NCBI GenBank assembly: GCA_037481775.1
Contig: JBBFKZ010000003.1
Location: 32,001 to 96,000 of the forward strand
Direction of reading: 5' to 3'
DNA from: Candidatus Bathyarchaeia archaeon
GTDB taxonomy: Archaea > Thermoproteota > Bathyarchaeia > Bathyarchaeales > Bathycorpusculaceae
Length of the DNA: 64,000 nucleotides
The translations under genes were made by a program, and so were the position numbers. Shown here piece after piece: positions 36,217 through 45,418 of this stretch. Position 1 is the stretch's first letter, and each line of letters starts with the position of its first letter. Under the pieces are notes generated by a model. The model was not told the origin of the DNA. It saw only the letters and a list, made by a program, of their open reading frames with translations, and made no database searches.

Positions 36217-37185
36217 GTGACAAATCATATGATTCTAGTTTGGGATTCAGCCTCAACTAATGCGTTGAATTATTCTCTAGCAAACTTTCCTGATGAGAAC
36301 GAGGTACTGCTGGTTCATGAATTCCGAACATCATCATTGTTGGAGGCGAAGGAGTTGGGTGATTCAACGAAAAAAATAACAACAGAGACACCAGAAGAGC
36401 TTCTTCAATTTGCACTGCCCTCTTTATTCGAAAGTGAGCAATACCCAGTTGTTTCTATGCTGCATAAACTTTCGCAGACGAAGCTTAAACTTTTTGAAAC
36501 TCACTCCGATGTGTTGGCATATTACATGGGAGATGCGACAGATGCCTTTTTTGCCTCTAGCCAGAGTCACTGGATAAACGGATTCATAAATTGTTTGCAA
36601 AGTTGTATGATCAAGACTAGGGTAAACATTATAGCTCTGACGGGGCGTACATTTGACCCATTTTTATTTTACTTTCAGAACTTGTTGTTATGCTTAGGTG
36701 TCAAGCAAGTTTTCATTAGACTCGTTTATGAGAGAAAAATAGCTGGTTTAGAAAGGTTGACAGATAAGCTATTGCCTGCCTCTGGTGAACCCTTTTTCAG
36801 AGTGAATGACCACGATGCATTGATGCTGTTACTGGTGCATTTTGCAAGTCATCCAGCTATTCGCTCTGAGCAACCTCACAGACCATTGAATGTAGCGGCT
36901 ATCGCAACAAAACTCCTGTCGTCAGAATTGTACAAGCTTTTGCCTCCTAAAAGAGGCGATGACAGATCCTATGATGGCATCTACAAGGCGCTGAAAAAAT
37001 TGAGCGAAGCCATGGTTTATGGTGGTTTATTAGAAAACAGCGGAAGCGGCAGACGTGACTATTACCGACTTACACCACTTGGTCACGCTTATGCAAAGAT
37101 AGCTCTTATGACCAAAGAGTTCTTCGATGAAACATTGCGCAAAATACTTGACAACTTTGAATTAATGAAAAACCAGTATTGGTGA
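36217..37185 (+). CDS. Putative regulator: Rossmann/CARF-like N-domain plus C-terminal wHTH
   Basis: C-terminal IYKALKKL..GGLLE..GRRDYYRLTPLG wHTH; alpha/beta N-terminus with VNIIALTGR. Confidence 0.55.
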   Translation: MTNHMILVWDSASTNALNYSLANFPDENEVLLVHEFRTSSLLEAKELGDSTKKITTETPEELLQFALPSLFESEQYPVVSMLHKLSQTKLKLFETHSDVLAYYMGDATDAFFASSQSHWINGFINCLQSCMIKTRVNIIALTGRTFDPFLFYFQNLLLCLGVKQVFIRLVYERKIAGLERLTDKLLPASGEPFFRVNDHDALMLLLVHFASHPAIRSEQPHRPLNVAAIATKLLSSELYKLLPPKRGDDRSYDGIYKALKKLSEAMVYGGLLENSGSGRRDYYRLTPLGHAYAKIALMTKEFFDETLRKILDNFELMKNQYW

Positions 37186-37190
37186 AATGA

Positions 37191-38525
37191 TTGGACCTAC
37201 TGAGTTTTTGTAAGGGATGTTTTGGTGATGAAGCTCCAGACCTTTGTGAGTTGTATAGGCGTCATTTCATTCTTCTACATCATCTTCGTCCTTCTACATA
37301 TCGTTTGATAAAACAGGTAGTAGAACAAAATGGTAGTCACTTTCGTATTATGGCGGGAAACCGTTGGGGATTTCAAACAACAAAAGACAACCATCAGCAT
37401 ATCTTGAATATGTTGAATATCTGTTCAGTGTCGGTTCATACGCTTGAGGAACATGTCAAAAACCTGGAGTCTAGATACAATGCGGAACCGCTTAAGCTCG
37501 GAAAACAATGCTATGTAAACCAACTAAGCGGTGAAAACTGGCGCGTTTTAAACCCACAGACAAGATCATGGTGTATGCTGCACCCAGTTTATTCAGGCAT
37601 ATTGTTGCGTGAGGGAAGCATATATTGCTGTGAGTTACACGGAGAAAACAAATACTATTGGTTCAAGAATATAAGCGAAGACGGCACCCCTAAAATTATT
37701 GAAATTAAGAAACGGGCAGCATGGAACATTGCTGTAAGATACTTTGAGCCGAAGCTTGCATATTGGATTGAAGACAACGAGCTAGGTATAGGTGTAGTAA
37801 CAACGGACAGTCTTGGCGGTCTGCCAGATGATATATTTGCTACTTTAGTAAAATTCAGACCATTGGAAAAACATCTTCCTGGACTTTTAATTTTCGAAAA
37901 GGACGATTATGAGCTGGTCAAAAAGGTTCTAAGCTGCATTAATACAAAACTAATTAAATCTACAAACGTGACCATGCTTCCTGGAGACCCCGATAAACTA
38001 CATGGCACTCCAATAATCCCGATATCGGAAATGCCTCTGGATCGCGTTAATTCTATCAAAACTATTCTATCAAAAATTTCTGGCAGTGACGTTATTTCTT
38101 CTGATGATTGCATTAAGATAAAATCCGATAAAAAAGAAATGAAGATAATTTTCATAGGCAAGTCTAGAGGGTGTACAGTTAATGGGACATTCTATGTTCC
38201 AATGGGCGCTATTGAAGATGCGCATAGAATTTATGGATTATTTCAAGCGGTTAGTAAGTACTTCAAATCAAATATCGACATTGAAAAGTTTTTTGTTCTG
38301 AATTGGTGCGCAAGAAATGAAGCCGACTTGAGCTACATTCTTGATGCGTTTATCCGTTATCTTGATGACGCTGAATTTGTTGAGGCGTTCCTGAAAGTGC
38401 AAAAGAACTATGAAATAATTCATCAATGGTATGACAGCACTACAAAAGATTACTTAAACGTAAATGTACCGTTTGACATGTTAAAAAAAGTTGGGCGGTA
38501 TCTGACAAAAATGGCCAAAATTTAA
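37191..38525 (+). CDS. Uncharacterised protein of the defence locus
   Basis: 444-aa ORF tightly packed between the regulator and the MTase; no motif recognised. Confidence 0.7.
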   Translation: MDLLSFCKGCFGDEAPDLCELYRRHFILLHHLRPSTYRLIKQVVEQNGSHFRIMAGNRWGFQTTKDNHQHILNMLNICSVSVHTLEEHVKNLESRYNAEPLKLGKQCYVNQLSGENWRVLNPQTRSWCMLHPVYSGILLREGSIYCCELHGENKYYWFKNISEDGTPKIIEIKKRAAWNIAVRYFEPKLAYWIEDNELGIGVVTTDSLGGLPDDIFATLVKFRPLEKHLPGLLIFEKDDYELVKKVLSCINTKLIKSTNVTMLPGDPDKLHGTPIIPISEMPLDRVNSIKTILSKISGSDVISSDDCIKIKSDKKEMKIIFIGKSRGCTVNGTFYVPMGAIEDAHRIYGLFQAVSKYFKSNIDIEKFFVLNWCARNEADLSYILDAFIRYLDDAEFVEAFLKVQKNYEIIHQWYDSTTKDYLNVNVPFDMLKKVGRYLTKMAKI

Positions 38526-38530
38526 TATAT

Positions 38531-39550
38531 GTGAAAGAATTATTTTCTCGCATGAGTGGCTTTGGTAAATTGAAGGTGCTTTCTTTATTTAGTGGCGCTG
38601 GAGGCATGGACCTGGGGTTCATTAGGGCTGGGTACAAGATCATCTGGGCTAATGATGTTAACAAAGATGCGTGCGCAACTTATGCACGAAACCTCGGATT
38701 AACCCCTATCTGCAAAGACGTAAGAAAAATAACCCATTTCCCTTCGGCTGACATTGTAGTTGGATGCAACCCTTGCCAGGGCTTCAGCTTTATAGGATCA
38801 AGAAATCCTGATGACGAAAGGAACTACCTTTATGAAGAAATTATAAGAGTTCTCAAGCAAATAAAACCCAAATTCTTTGTTACTGAAAATGTTAAGGGAT
38901 TGAAATCTCTATATAGAGGGAGATTTTTCAAGCTTATGCTCGATGGCTTTGACGATACTGGGTATAATGTGACTTGGAGCCTTCTTAATGCTAAGGACTA
39001 TGGTGTTCCTCAAGATAGAGAAAGGATTTTTATTGTTGGAGTTAGGAAAGATTTAGACTTTGAATACCAGTTTCCAGAAAAAACTCACGGTTCCGGATAT
39101 CTGCCTTATATTACTCTCAAACAAGCTATAGGCGACCTGCCTCCTCCTCGAAAAGGGGAGTATTGGGATGACAATCGATTCTCGTTTTTTTATATGTCTC
39201 GAAACAGGAGACGAACATGGGATGAAGTCAGCTTTACAATTCAAGCAAGCGGTAGGCATGCGCCATTGCATCCATCGAGCCCACCAATGAAAAAAGTTGG
39301 CAAGGACAAATGGGTTTTCACCGAGGATATAAGGAAATATAGAAGACTTTCTGTTAGAGAATGCGCTCGAATTCAAACTTTTCCGGATAACTACATATTT
39401 ATCGGTGACCTCAAGTCGCAGTACGTTCAGGTGGGAAATGCCGTGCCGCCTTTATTGGCTTCAAAAATTGCATCAGGCTTCAAGCTATCTACTGCAAGCA
39501 AGGAAGCTATGATAGCTGCTTATAGTAAGCGAGCAAAAATAGTCAAATGA
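38531..39550 (+). CDS. dcm: DNA cytosine-5 methyltransferase, HaeIII/BsuRI-like target domain
   Basis: FSGAGG, PCQGFS, ENV, QDRER, RRLSVRECARIQ and GNAV motifs; TRD MSRNR..W...FTIQASGR. Confidence 0.95.
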   Translation: MKELFSRMSGFGKLKVLSLFSGAGGMDLGFIRAGYKIIWANDVNKDACATYARNLGLTPICKDVRKITHFPSADIVVGCNPCQGFSFIGSRNPDDERNYLYEEIIRVLKQIKPKFFVTENVKGLKSLYRGRFFKLMLDGFDDTGYNVTWSLLNAKDYGVPQDRERIFIVGVRKDLDFEYQFPEKTHGSGYLPYITLKQAIGDLPPPRKGEYWDDNRFSFFYMSRNRRRTWDEVSFTIQASGRHAPLHPSSPPMKKVGKDKWVFTEDIRKYRRLSVRECARIQTFPDNYIFIGDLKSQYVQVGNAVPPLLASKIASGFKLSTASKEAMIAAYSKRAKIVK

Positions 39551-39598
39551 AAGATTAATATTGCTTTTTCAACTTTTAATAACCCTTGGGAGTGAAGG

Positions 39599-40000
39599 AT
39601 GGATCGCGTCTCTCGAGAGAAACGTTCAAAAATCATGTCTGCCATACGTTCAGTAAATACAAAACCTGAAATTAGCTTAAGAAAAGCATTATGGGCAAAG
39701 GGGCTACGATTCAGAATACAATATGGCAAAGAAAAAATTGACATAGCCTTTCCGCATAAAAAGCTTGCCGTTTTTATTGATGGCTGCTTTTGGCATGGGT
39801 GCCCGATACACTCCCATATGCCAAAAAGCAACAAGGAATACTGGCTTCCAAAATTGAGGAAGAACATCGAACGAGACAAAGCAAAAAATGAGCGTCTAAG
39901 GAATGAAGGGTGGCGAATTATGCGTTTTTGGGAACATGAGTTAACAGATATCAGCGAGGTTATGGATAGAATCCTAAGCGAACTGAAACGAATAGGCTAA
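39599..40000 (+). CDS. vsr: Very short patch repair endonuclease
   Basis: RSKIMSAIRSVNTKPE, DGCFWHGCP, FWEHE. Confidence 0.95.
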   Translation: MDRVSREKRSKIMSAIRSVNTKPEISLRKALWAKGLRFRIQYGKEKIDIAFPHKKLAVFIDGCFWHGCPIHSHMPKSNKEYWLPKLRKNIERDKAKNERLRNEGWRIMRFWEHELTDISEVMDRILSELKRIG

Positions 40001-40081
40001 TTTCGTTCTTAGCAGCACCCTTCAGGGATTATCCAATCACTCCTTGGATTATGCGCCAATACAGTAACCAAAATAAGCCGT

Positions 40082-40525
40082 TCACCTTCTTCTGGGTTCT
40101 CTTTTTCCTCGCTCTGCCTTTTCTTCCAACTGCGTGTCGTATTCCTCGAATACTTCATCAATTTGTGAGTGGATAAAATCCAAAGCGCCGCGATATGGCG
40201 CTTTCATTTCTCTAACAGCGTTTTCAAGTTTTTCGTATTTGTCTCTTGGAATTTCTACATATTCAGAATTTTCTTTCAGAAACTTGAGTTTCCACCTTGT
40301 TGCGTCACGTACAAACTCCTCTCTTGTTGTAAAGCCCAAGCGCTTGTTCTCAGCAATAAACTTCTCAATCTCAGCAAGCAGCTCAGGAGGCAATATAACC
40401 GACTGGTTCAACATAGCTTCTATAGCATCCTGATACGTCTGCATCTTGCTTGTCTGCGCCATAAGCGTTCCAGGCGTGGCTGTCAGTTTTCTATGGCTGA
40501 CATCTGATATTCTGAGCGTTTTCAT
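40082..40525 (-). CDS. Ribbon-helix-helix repeat protein
   Basis: KTLRISD, SVILPPEL..GFTTREEFVRDA RHH patterns. Confidence 0.75.
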   Translation of the reverse strand: MKTLRISDVSHRKLTATPGTLMAQTSKMQTYQDAIEAMLNQSVILPPELLAEIEKFIAENKRLGFTTREEFVRDATRWKLKFLKENSEYVEIPRDKYEKLENAVREMKAPYRGALDFIHSQIDEVFEEYDTQLEEKAERGKREPRRR

Positions 40526-40527
40526 TT

Positions 40528-40941
40528 TTATGTCTCCTTGATTTTTTTGCTTATTGGCCAGCCTTTTTCAATTAGGATCTTCCGTACTTTCGGTATGTTT
40601 AGGGCGAATTCCACATGGCGGCAGTTGTCTGTGCCGCAGTATTCGCAGAGAACCCTGTCGGGTTTAAAGTAAACATCTATTATCCTTCCTTTTGATACGC
40701 CGTTGTCAAGGCTTCTGTCCAATATTCGCACGCCGTTTTCGCTTATGTTGAAGTGTTCAAGTTGTGGCAATTCCGACGCGGCGCCGAGAATTTTCAATTC
40801 TGAGCATTTTTCGCGGACAGCATCGGTTACGAAGTCCGCTAAGCTTTTGTAGCCCATTTCCGGATGAGCCTTGATGTATTCCTCGATGAGGTTTATGAGT
40901 TCTCTTTGGAGGCTTACGCCGCGGTACTTGTCCATGGGCAT
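40528..40941 (-). CDS. RHH repressor-like protein with SWIM-like Zn finger
   Basis: YRGVSLQREL..GYKSLADFVTDAVR; CEYC....CRHV. Confidence 0.78.
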   Translation of the reverse strand: MPMDKYRGVSLQRELINLIEEYIKAHPEMGYKSLADFVTDAVREKCSELKILGAASELPQLEHFNISENGVRILDRSLDNGVSKGRIIDVYFKPDRVLCEYCGTDNCRHVEFALNIPKVRKILIEKGWPISKKIKET

Positions 40942-41089
40942 TTTACCACACTCTTGCTTTACCTATACGTTAATCAAGTCTTAATAAATTTTCGGTTCTC
41001 CCCAGCGCAGTTTTTAGGCTGTTAAAGCGATAATCCTTAAATCCGCAGCCATACGCATACCACAGAAGTAAAGCCTAAGTGGGGTAAAA
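40941..41089. promoter_or_regulatory. Paired inverted operator-like sites of a divergent RHH switch
   Basis: 40941-40962 TTTTACCACACTCTTGCTTTAC vs reverse complement of 41068-41089 TTTTACCCCACTTAGGCTTTAC (18/22). Confidence 0.65.
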
Positions 41090-41091
41090 AC

Positions 41092-41283
41092 ATGCCTGGA
41101 GCAAACTACAAAAGCATATCCATCAACGACGAACTCATCGAACGAACCAGACAACTCATCAAAAAACTGGGAACATACCACAGCCTGTCAGAATTCATCT
41201 CAGAAGCCGTACGCCTCCGCATAGAAACCCTTGAAAAACAGCCAGAAGCCAAAGGAGAAACAAACCATGATCTTGTCCGCTGA
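41092..41283 (+). CDS. Ribbon-helix-helix protein
   Basis: YKSISINDEL..YHSLSEFISEAVR. Confidence 0.8.
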   Translation: MPGANYKSISINDELIERTRQLIKKLGTYHSLSEFISEAVRLRIETLEKQPEAKGETNHDLVR

Positions 41284-41446
41284 AGAACTCCAAAAAATAG
41301 TCAAACTCCTAAAAGAACTGAACGAAACGTCAGAAACCGCCATAAAAGAGCTTGTAGACCGCAAAATCGCCGAAGCCATAGACCAGCACCTGGAAGACTA
41401 CGAGCATAAGGAAAAACCCGCAACAGAAGAGGCGTACCTGCCATGA
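41267..41446 (+). CDS. Small hypothetical protein
   Basis: GGAG SD and ATGA coupling to the next gene. Confidence 0.6.
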   Translation: MILSAEELQKIVKLLKELNETSETAIKELVDRKIAEAIDQHLEDYEHKEKPATEEAYLP

Positions 41447-41772
41447 CAGAGAAAGAAGACACAGCCGCAATAGCCCTCCTCGAGTTTCTAAACGCAGTTG
41501 AAGCAGGCGTCGCCAGCGCACGACAAATCATAAAAACCGCGAAAATAGGCTGGGACCCGGCGCAGATTAAATGGGCACAGGCTGAAGGCACAAGCGGACC
41601 ATACGAACGCAGCGAAGACACAGACAACCCGGAATTCAAAGCCATGCTTAAAGACCTGCAGGCGCACAACGGATGCCTAACCCGCGAAGGATGGTTCTAC
41701 TGGGCCTTCCAAAACGGCGCCACAGTCGGACGCAAAAAACGAAGCCAAACCCCCTCAGCCAAAACCCAATAG
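41443..41772 (+). CDS. Hypothetical viral protein
   Basis: Operon position; IKW....GT.GPYERS..GWFYWAF. Confidence 0.7.
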   Translation: MTEKEDTAAIALLEFLNAVEAGVASARQIIKTAKIGWDPAQIKWAQAEGTSGPYERSEDTDNPEFKAMLKDLQAHNGCLTREGWFYWAFQNGATVGRKKRSQTPSAKTQ

Positions 41773-41802
41773 CGCAAACGCTTAGTCAGCGAGCCGTCAG
41801 CA

Positions 41803-43575
41803 ATGAGCCTCTTCAACCTTGCAGAGCTAAAGAATCAAGGCGGCTTCAAAGCCGGAGACCCGCTCGCCGTAGACCCACACATATACAGCAAATTCCTCAG
41901 GCACCTGAGCCGAACAGTCCGCCGAGACGTCACCGCGAAAAACATGGTTTTCCTAACCGCGCTAAGCGCCTACACGCCTGAACCCATAAACCTGTTCCTG
42001 CGCGGCGAAAGCAGCATAGGCAAAAGCTACAACGTAGTCCAAGCGCTCAAGTACTTCCCGAAAGACGACGTGTGGCTCCTCGGCGGCTTAAGCCCAACCG
42101 CGCTCATCCACCAGCACGGCTTACTCGTGGACAAAAACGGCAACCTGATACTGCCCTCGCAGAAGCCGGACAAAGACGCGCCAGCCGAAGAGAAAGAAGC
42201 ATGGACACAGCGAATGCACGACGCACGCTACCTCGTCGAGCTGAACAACAGAATCATCGTCTTCCTCGAAGCACCACACTTTGAAACCTTCAACATGCTT
42301 AGACCCATATTAAGCCACGACGCCCACCAAATCAGCTACCGCTTCACCGACAAGTCAGGCAAGGGACAACTGCAGACGCAGCACGTAGTCATCCAAGGCT
42401 GGCCCGCAACAATATTCTGCAGCACACAGGAAAAATACGTGCAAGACCTCGCCACAAGAGGCTTCACCGTAACACCTGAAATGAACAGGAAAAAATACGC
42501 TGCCGCCAACATGCTAACCGCCAGGAAAGCCGCATACCCCTGGAGCTTCAAATCCGACTTCGACCACATGCTCCTCGCAGGCTACATAAGCTCGCTGAAA
42601 ACATCGCTGGAAAACCTCGCCGCAGTAGACCCATACGCCGTCAAATTCGCCCAGGTCTTCCCAAGCCTGTCACCGCGGTCCATGCGCGACTTCAAACACT
42701 TAACAAACCTCGTCAAAGTCTCCGCGCTCTTCCACTACGCCCAGCGCCCACTCGTCATAAGAACCGTCAAGCCAGAACCAGACGCGGCTGCTGAAGCAAA
42801 ACAGGAACGCTACATCATGGTGACACGCCGAGACTACGACTTCATAATGGCTTTGTGGAGCAACATTCAGGAAACCACAGAAACCTCCGCGCCAGGACAC
42901 ATCATAAGGTTTTACCACGAAGCCGTAGAGGAAACAGCCAAAGAAAAAGAGGAATTCACCGTCGAAGACCTGACGGAGAAATGGAACAGCCGCGCAGAAG
43001 AAAAGAAATCAAGCGACGCCATAAGACGCTGGACCGCTTTTCTCTGCAGCATAGGCTACTTGACAAGCACGCCAGACCCGAACGACAAGCGACGCCAACT
43101 CTACAGAACCATCCGCACAAGCGAAAAACCCCGCAACTGCACGAATCCGCAGTTTTCGTCTATTTTCACGCTTGAAACGCTTAACGCTTGGCTTGAAGAA
43201 GCAACAAAAATATTTGCACACAACAGCCTTTCACTCAGAGAAAACATAATCAGCGAACGCGAAGTCACCGTGGAAGAACTGTACGCTAAACACTTTCTAA
43301 GCGAAACAAACCCATGTGCAAATACCGCTTTACGCACAACAACCGCTTCTTCAACCGAAAACACTTCAAGAATAGACGAAAACGGCAAAATCAACAAATT
43401 GCGGAATTTTAAGGCGGTCTACTGGAGCGACGGCTTCTACGGCTGGCATCCATGCGCCGCCTGCGGCTACACCAAGCTGACAAGTTGGCAAGCTGAAACC
43501 TTCAAGAACGAAACCGCCTGGCTTTGCGAAGACTGCAAAGAAGCATGGATGCAACAGCAGGCAGGAGACGCTTAA
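41803..43575 (+). CDS. P-loop ATPase, putative replicative helicase, with C-terminal Zn finger
   Basis: LRGESSIGKS Walker A, DLATR Arg-finger-like and RSMRD motifs, wHTH-like region, CAAC..CEDC. Confidence 0.65.
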   Translation: MSLFNLAELKNQGGFKAGDPLAVDPHIYSKFLRHLSRTVRRDVTAKNMVFLTALSAYTPEPINLFLRGESSIGKSYNVVQALKYFPKDDVWLLGGLSPTALIHQHGLLVDKNGNLILPSQKPDKDAPAEEKEAWTQRMHDARYLVELNNRIIVFLEAPHFETFNMLRPILSHDAHQISYRFTDKSGKGQLQTQHVVIQGWPATIFCSTQEKYVQDLATRGFTVTPEMNRKKYAAANMLTARKAAYPWSFKSDFDHMLLAGYISSLKTSLENLAAVDPYAVKFAQVFPSLSPRSMRDFKHLTNLVKVSALFHYAQRPLVIRTVKPEPDAAAEAKQERYIMVTRRDYDFIMALWSNIQETTETSAPGHIIRFYHEAVEETAKEKEEFTVEDLTEKWNSRAEEKKSSDAIRRWTAFLCSIGYLTSTPDPNDKRRQLYRTIRTSEKPRNCTNPQFSSIFTLETLNAWLEEATKIFAHNSLSLRENIISEREVTVEELYAKHFLSETNPCANTALRTTTASSTENTSRIDENGKINKLRNFKAVYWSDGFYGWHPCAACGYTKLTSWQAETFKNETAWLCEDCKEAWMQQQAGDA

Positions 43576-43579
43576 CCCT

Positions 43580-44767
43580 GTGGCTTCCAGCGATCAACCG
43601 CTGGCATGCCCGCAATGCGGCGGCACCAGACTTTACAGAGACGGCTTACGCTACTTATCCAATGGAGCAGCAGCACAACGTTGGCTATGCAGAAACTGCG
43701 GCTACCGCTTCAGCGAAAGAAAAGCATTACAAAAAAATTTGAGGCAGTCAATAAATACCCGCTTCGCCATACTTTCTAGCTGCCAAGGGAGCTGTGAAGC
43801 GTCAAGCGGAGCACCCTCCGTCACAAAGGCGGCGAAAACCTTGGCCACAGTAGAAAACTCGATTAAAAGCGGGCTGGCGGGAGCCACAAAGCAGACAGCC
43901 GACGTCAAGGGAAAAATCGTGGAATACAGCTTCTGGCTGCTGAAACAAGGATACTCCAAATGCACCATTCAAGGACGAACCAAACTCCTAAAGCGCTTAG
44001 CCAAGCTCGGAGACCTTCTTAATCCAGAGTCGATAAAAGAAGTCATAGCAAAGCAAGAGTGGAGCACAGGCAGAAAAATCAACGCCGTCGACGCCTACAC
44101 AAGCTTCCTCCAAATGCAAAACGCAAGGTGGGATCCACCGCAGTACAGGCGAATTCGGAGACTGCCGTTTATCCCAACAGAAAACGAAGTCGACCAACTA
44201 ATAGGCGGATGCAACAAGCGAATGGCAGCCTTCCTACAACTGCTTAAGGAAACTGGCATACGCTGCGGCGAAGCCTGCAAACTAAAATGGACCGACATCG
44301 ACATGGAAAACCCATCAATAAACGTGACGCCTGAAAAAGGCAGCAACCCAAGGCTGCTTAAAATCTCCGCCAAACTGGCAAGCATGCTCAACGCACTGCC
44401 AAAAAACTCCCAAACCATCTTTCCGCCAAACGCTGACATAATGCGCAAAAGCTTCCAAAGACAACGCAGACAAATCGCCTTCAAACTTCAAAACCCACGA
44501 CTCATCCAAATCAGCTTCCACACACTTCGCCACTGGAAAGCCACAATGGAATACCACAAGACCAAAGACATTCTACACGTCATGCAGCTTCTCGACCACA
44601 GAAACATCAACAACACGCTGGTCTACACGCAGCTCGTCAACTTCAGAGAAGACGACTACATCGCGCGGGTAGCCCACTCTGAACAGGAAGTCTGCCAGCT
44701 AATTGAGGCAGGCTTCGAGTACGTCTGCGACTATAATGGTAACAAAATCTTCCGTAAACGCAAGTAG
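43580..44767 (+). CDS. int: Tyrosine integrase with N-terminal Zn ribbon
   Basis: ETGIR, PEKG, FHTLRH, LLDH....T.VY catalytic set; CPQC..CRNC; adjacent to the tRNA 3' end. Confidence 0.93.
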   Translation: MASSDQPLACPQCGGTRLYRDGLRYLSNGAAAQRWLCRNCGYRFSERKALQKNLRQSINTRFAILSSCQGSCEASSGAPSVTKAAKTLATVENSIKSGLAGATKQTADVKGKIVEYSFWLLKQGYSKCTIQGRTKLLKRLAKLGDLLNPESIKEVIAKQEWSTGRKINAVDAYTSFLQMQNARWDPPQYRRIRRLPFIPTENEVDQLIGGCNKRMAAFLQLLKETGIRCGEACKLKWTDIDMENPSINVTPEKGSNPRLLKISAKLASMLNALPKNSQTIFPPNADIMRKSFQRQRRQIAFKLQNPRLIQISFHTLRHWKATMEYHKTKDILHVMQLLDHRNINNTLVYTQLVNFREDDYIARVAHSEQEVCQLIEAGFEYVCDYNGNKIFRKRK

Positions 44768-44810
44768 AACCCCTAAAAAGTATTTTTTAGCGGGCGGGGT
44801 TCAGCGTAAA

Positions 44811-44885
44811 CGGGCGGGGTGGGATTTGAACCCACGACCCCCACCTTAGGAGGGTGATGCTCTATCCGTCCTGAGCTACCCGCCC
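44811..44885 (-). tRNA. tRNA-Arg(CCT)
   Basis: GGGCGGGTAGCTCAGGACGGATAGAGCATCACC-CTCCTAA-GGTGGGGGTCGTGGGTTCAAATCCCACCCCGCCCG folds as a cloverleaf. Confidence 0.95.
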
Positions 44886-44991
44886 GCGTGCGGTGCTGGC
44901 AGCGAGAAATATTTGGTGGCTTCAGATTTTAACTTGCCGCTTGTGATGCAAAAAACTTAAACGTGTTGAACCGTGAAGTTTAGTGGCTGGT

Positions 44992-45111
44992 GCGGGGGTA
45001 CCCGAGCCAGGTCTAAATAGGCGGCCAGATCTTTGATGCCTAAGACAAGGGGGAGGACTTAAGATCCTCTGGCGCAGGCCTTCGTGGGTTCAAGTCCCAC
45101 CCCCCGCACCA
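44992..45111 (+). tRNA. tRNA-Leu(TAA) with a 32-nt D-loop intron (45017-45048)
   Basis: GAGGA-CTTAAGA-TCCTC anticodon arm, long variable arm, encoded CCA; BHB GTCT-AAA-TAGGC / GCCTA-AGAC-AAG. Confidence 0.92.
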
Positions 45112-45418
45112 TCAGCGAGAACCTAATCTTACTCAATCGTGGATTTTGACGTGCCATGGTCAATTAGCGAAAATGTCTTTTTCAGCACGATATAACAATG
45201 CTCAGCCAGCATATTTGGCGGCTATTAGCCATTCATTGCAGAAACCTATAGAGGGGCTATCACGGCGGCAATAGTTCAGCTTATACAAAAAGGGGAAACC
45301 GCTCAGAAGTGAGCAAATGAAGAACTGCAGCGCGCAATAACCAAAGTAGCGTGCTGACCGTGTAATCCGTGCGATCCCATGCAATATTCTTTTAAACTGC
45401 CAATCCCTAGGCTGTTTT

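Larger units (their letters stand above)
3736..44828. mobile_element. Integrated head-tail provirus (siphovirus-like) at tRNA-Arg(CCT); viral core ~8025-44767
   Basis: Integrase abuts the tRNA 3' end; 18-bp direct repeats; TerL, portal, protease, HK97-fold MCP, tail tube and tape measure present; no sheath gene recognised. Confidence 0.9.

Noticed and set aside
45112-45418. ORF 45202-45510 or an ncRNA after tRNA-Leu
   Set aside because: The ORF overlaps hypA antisense and no recognisable structure was found.
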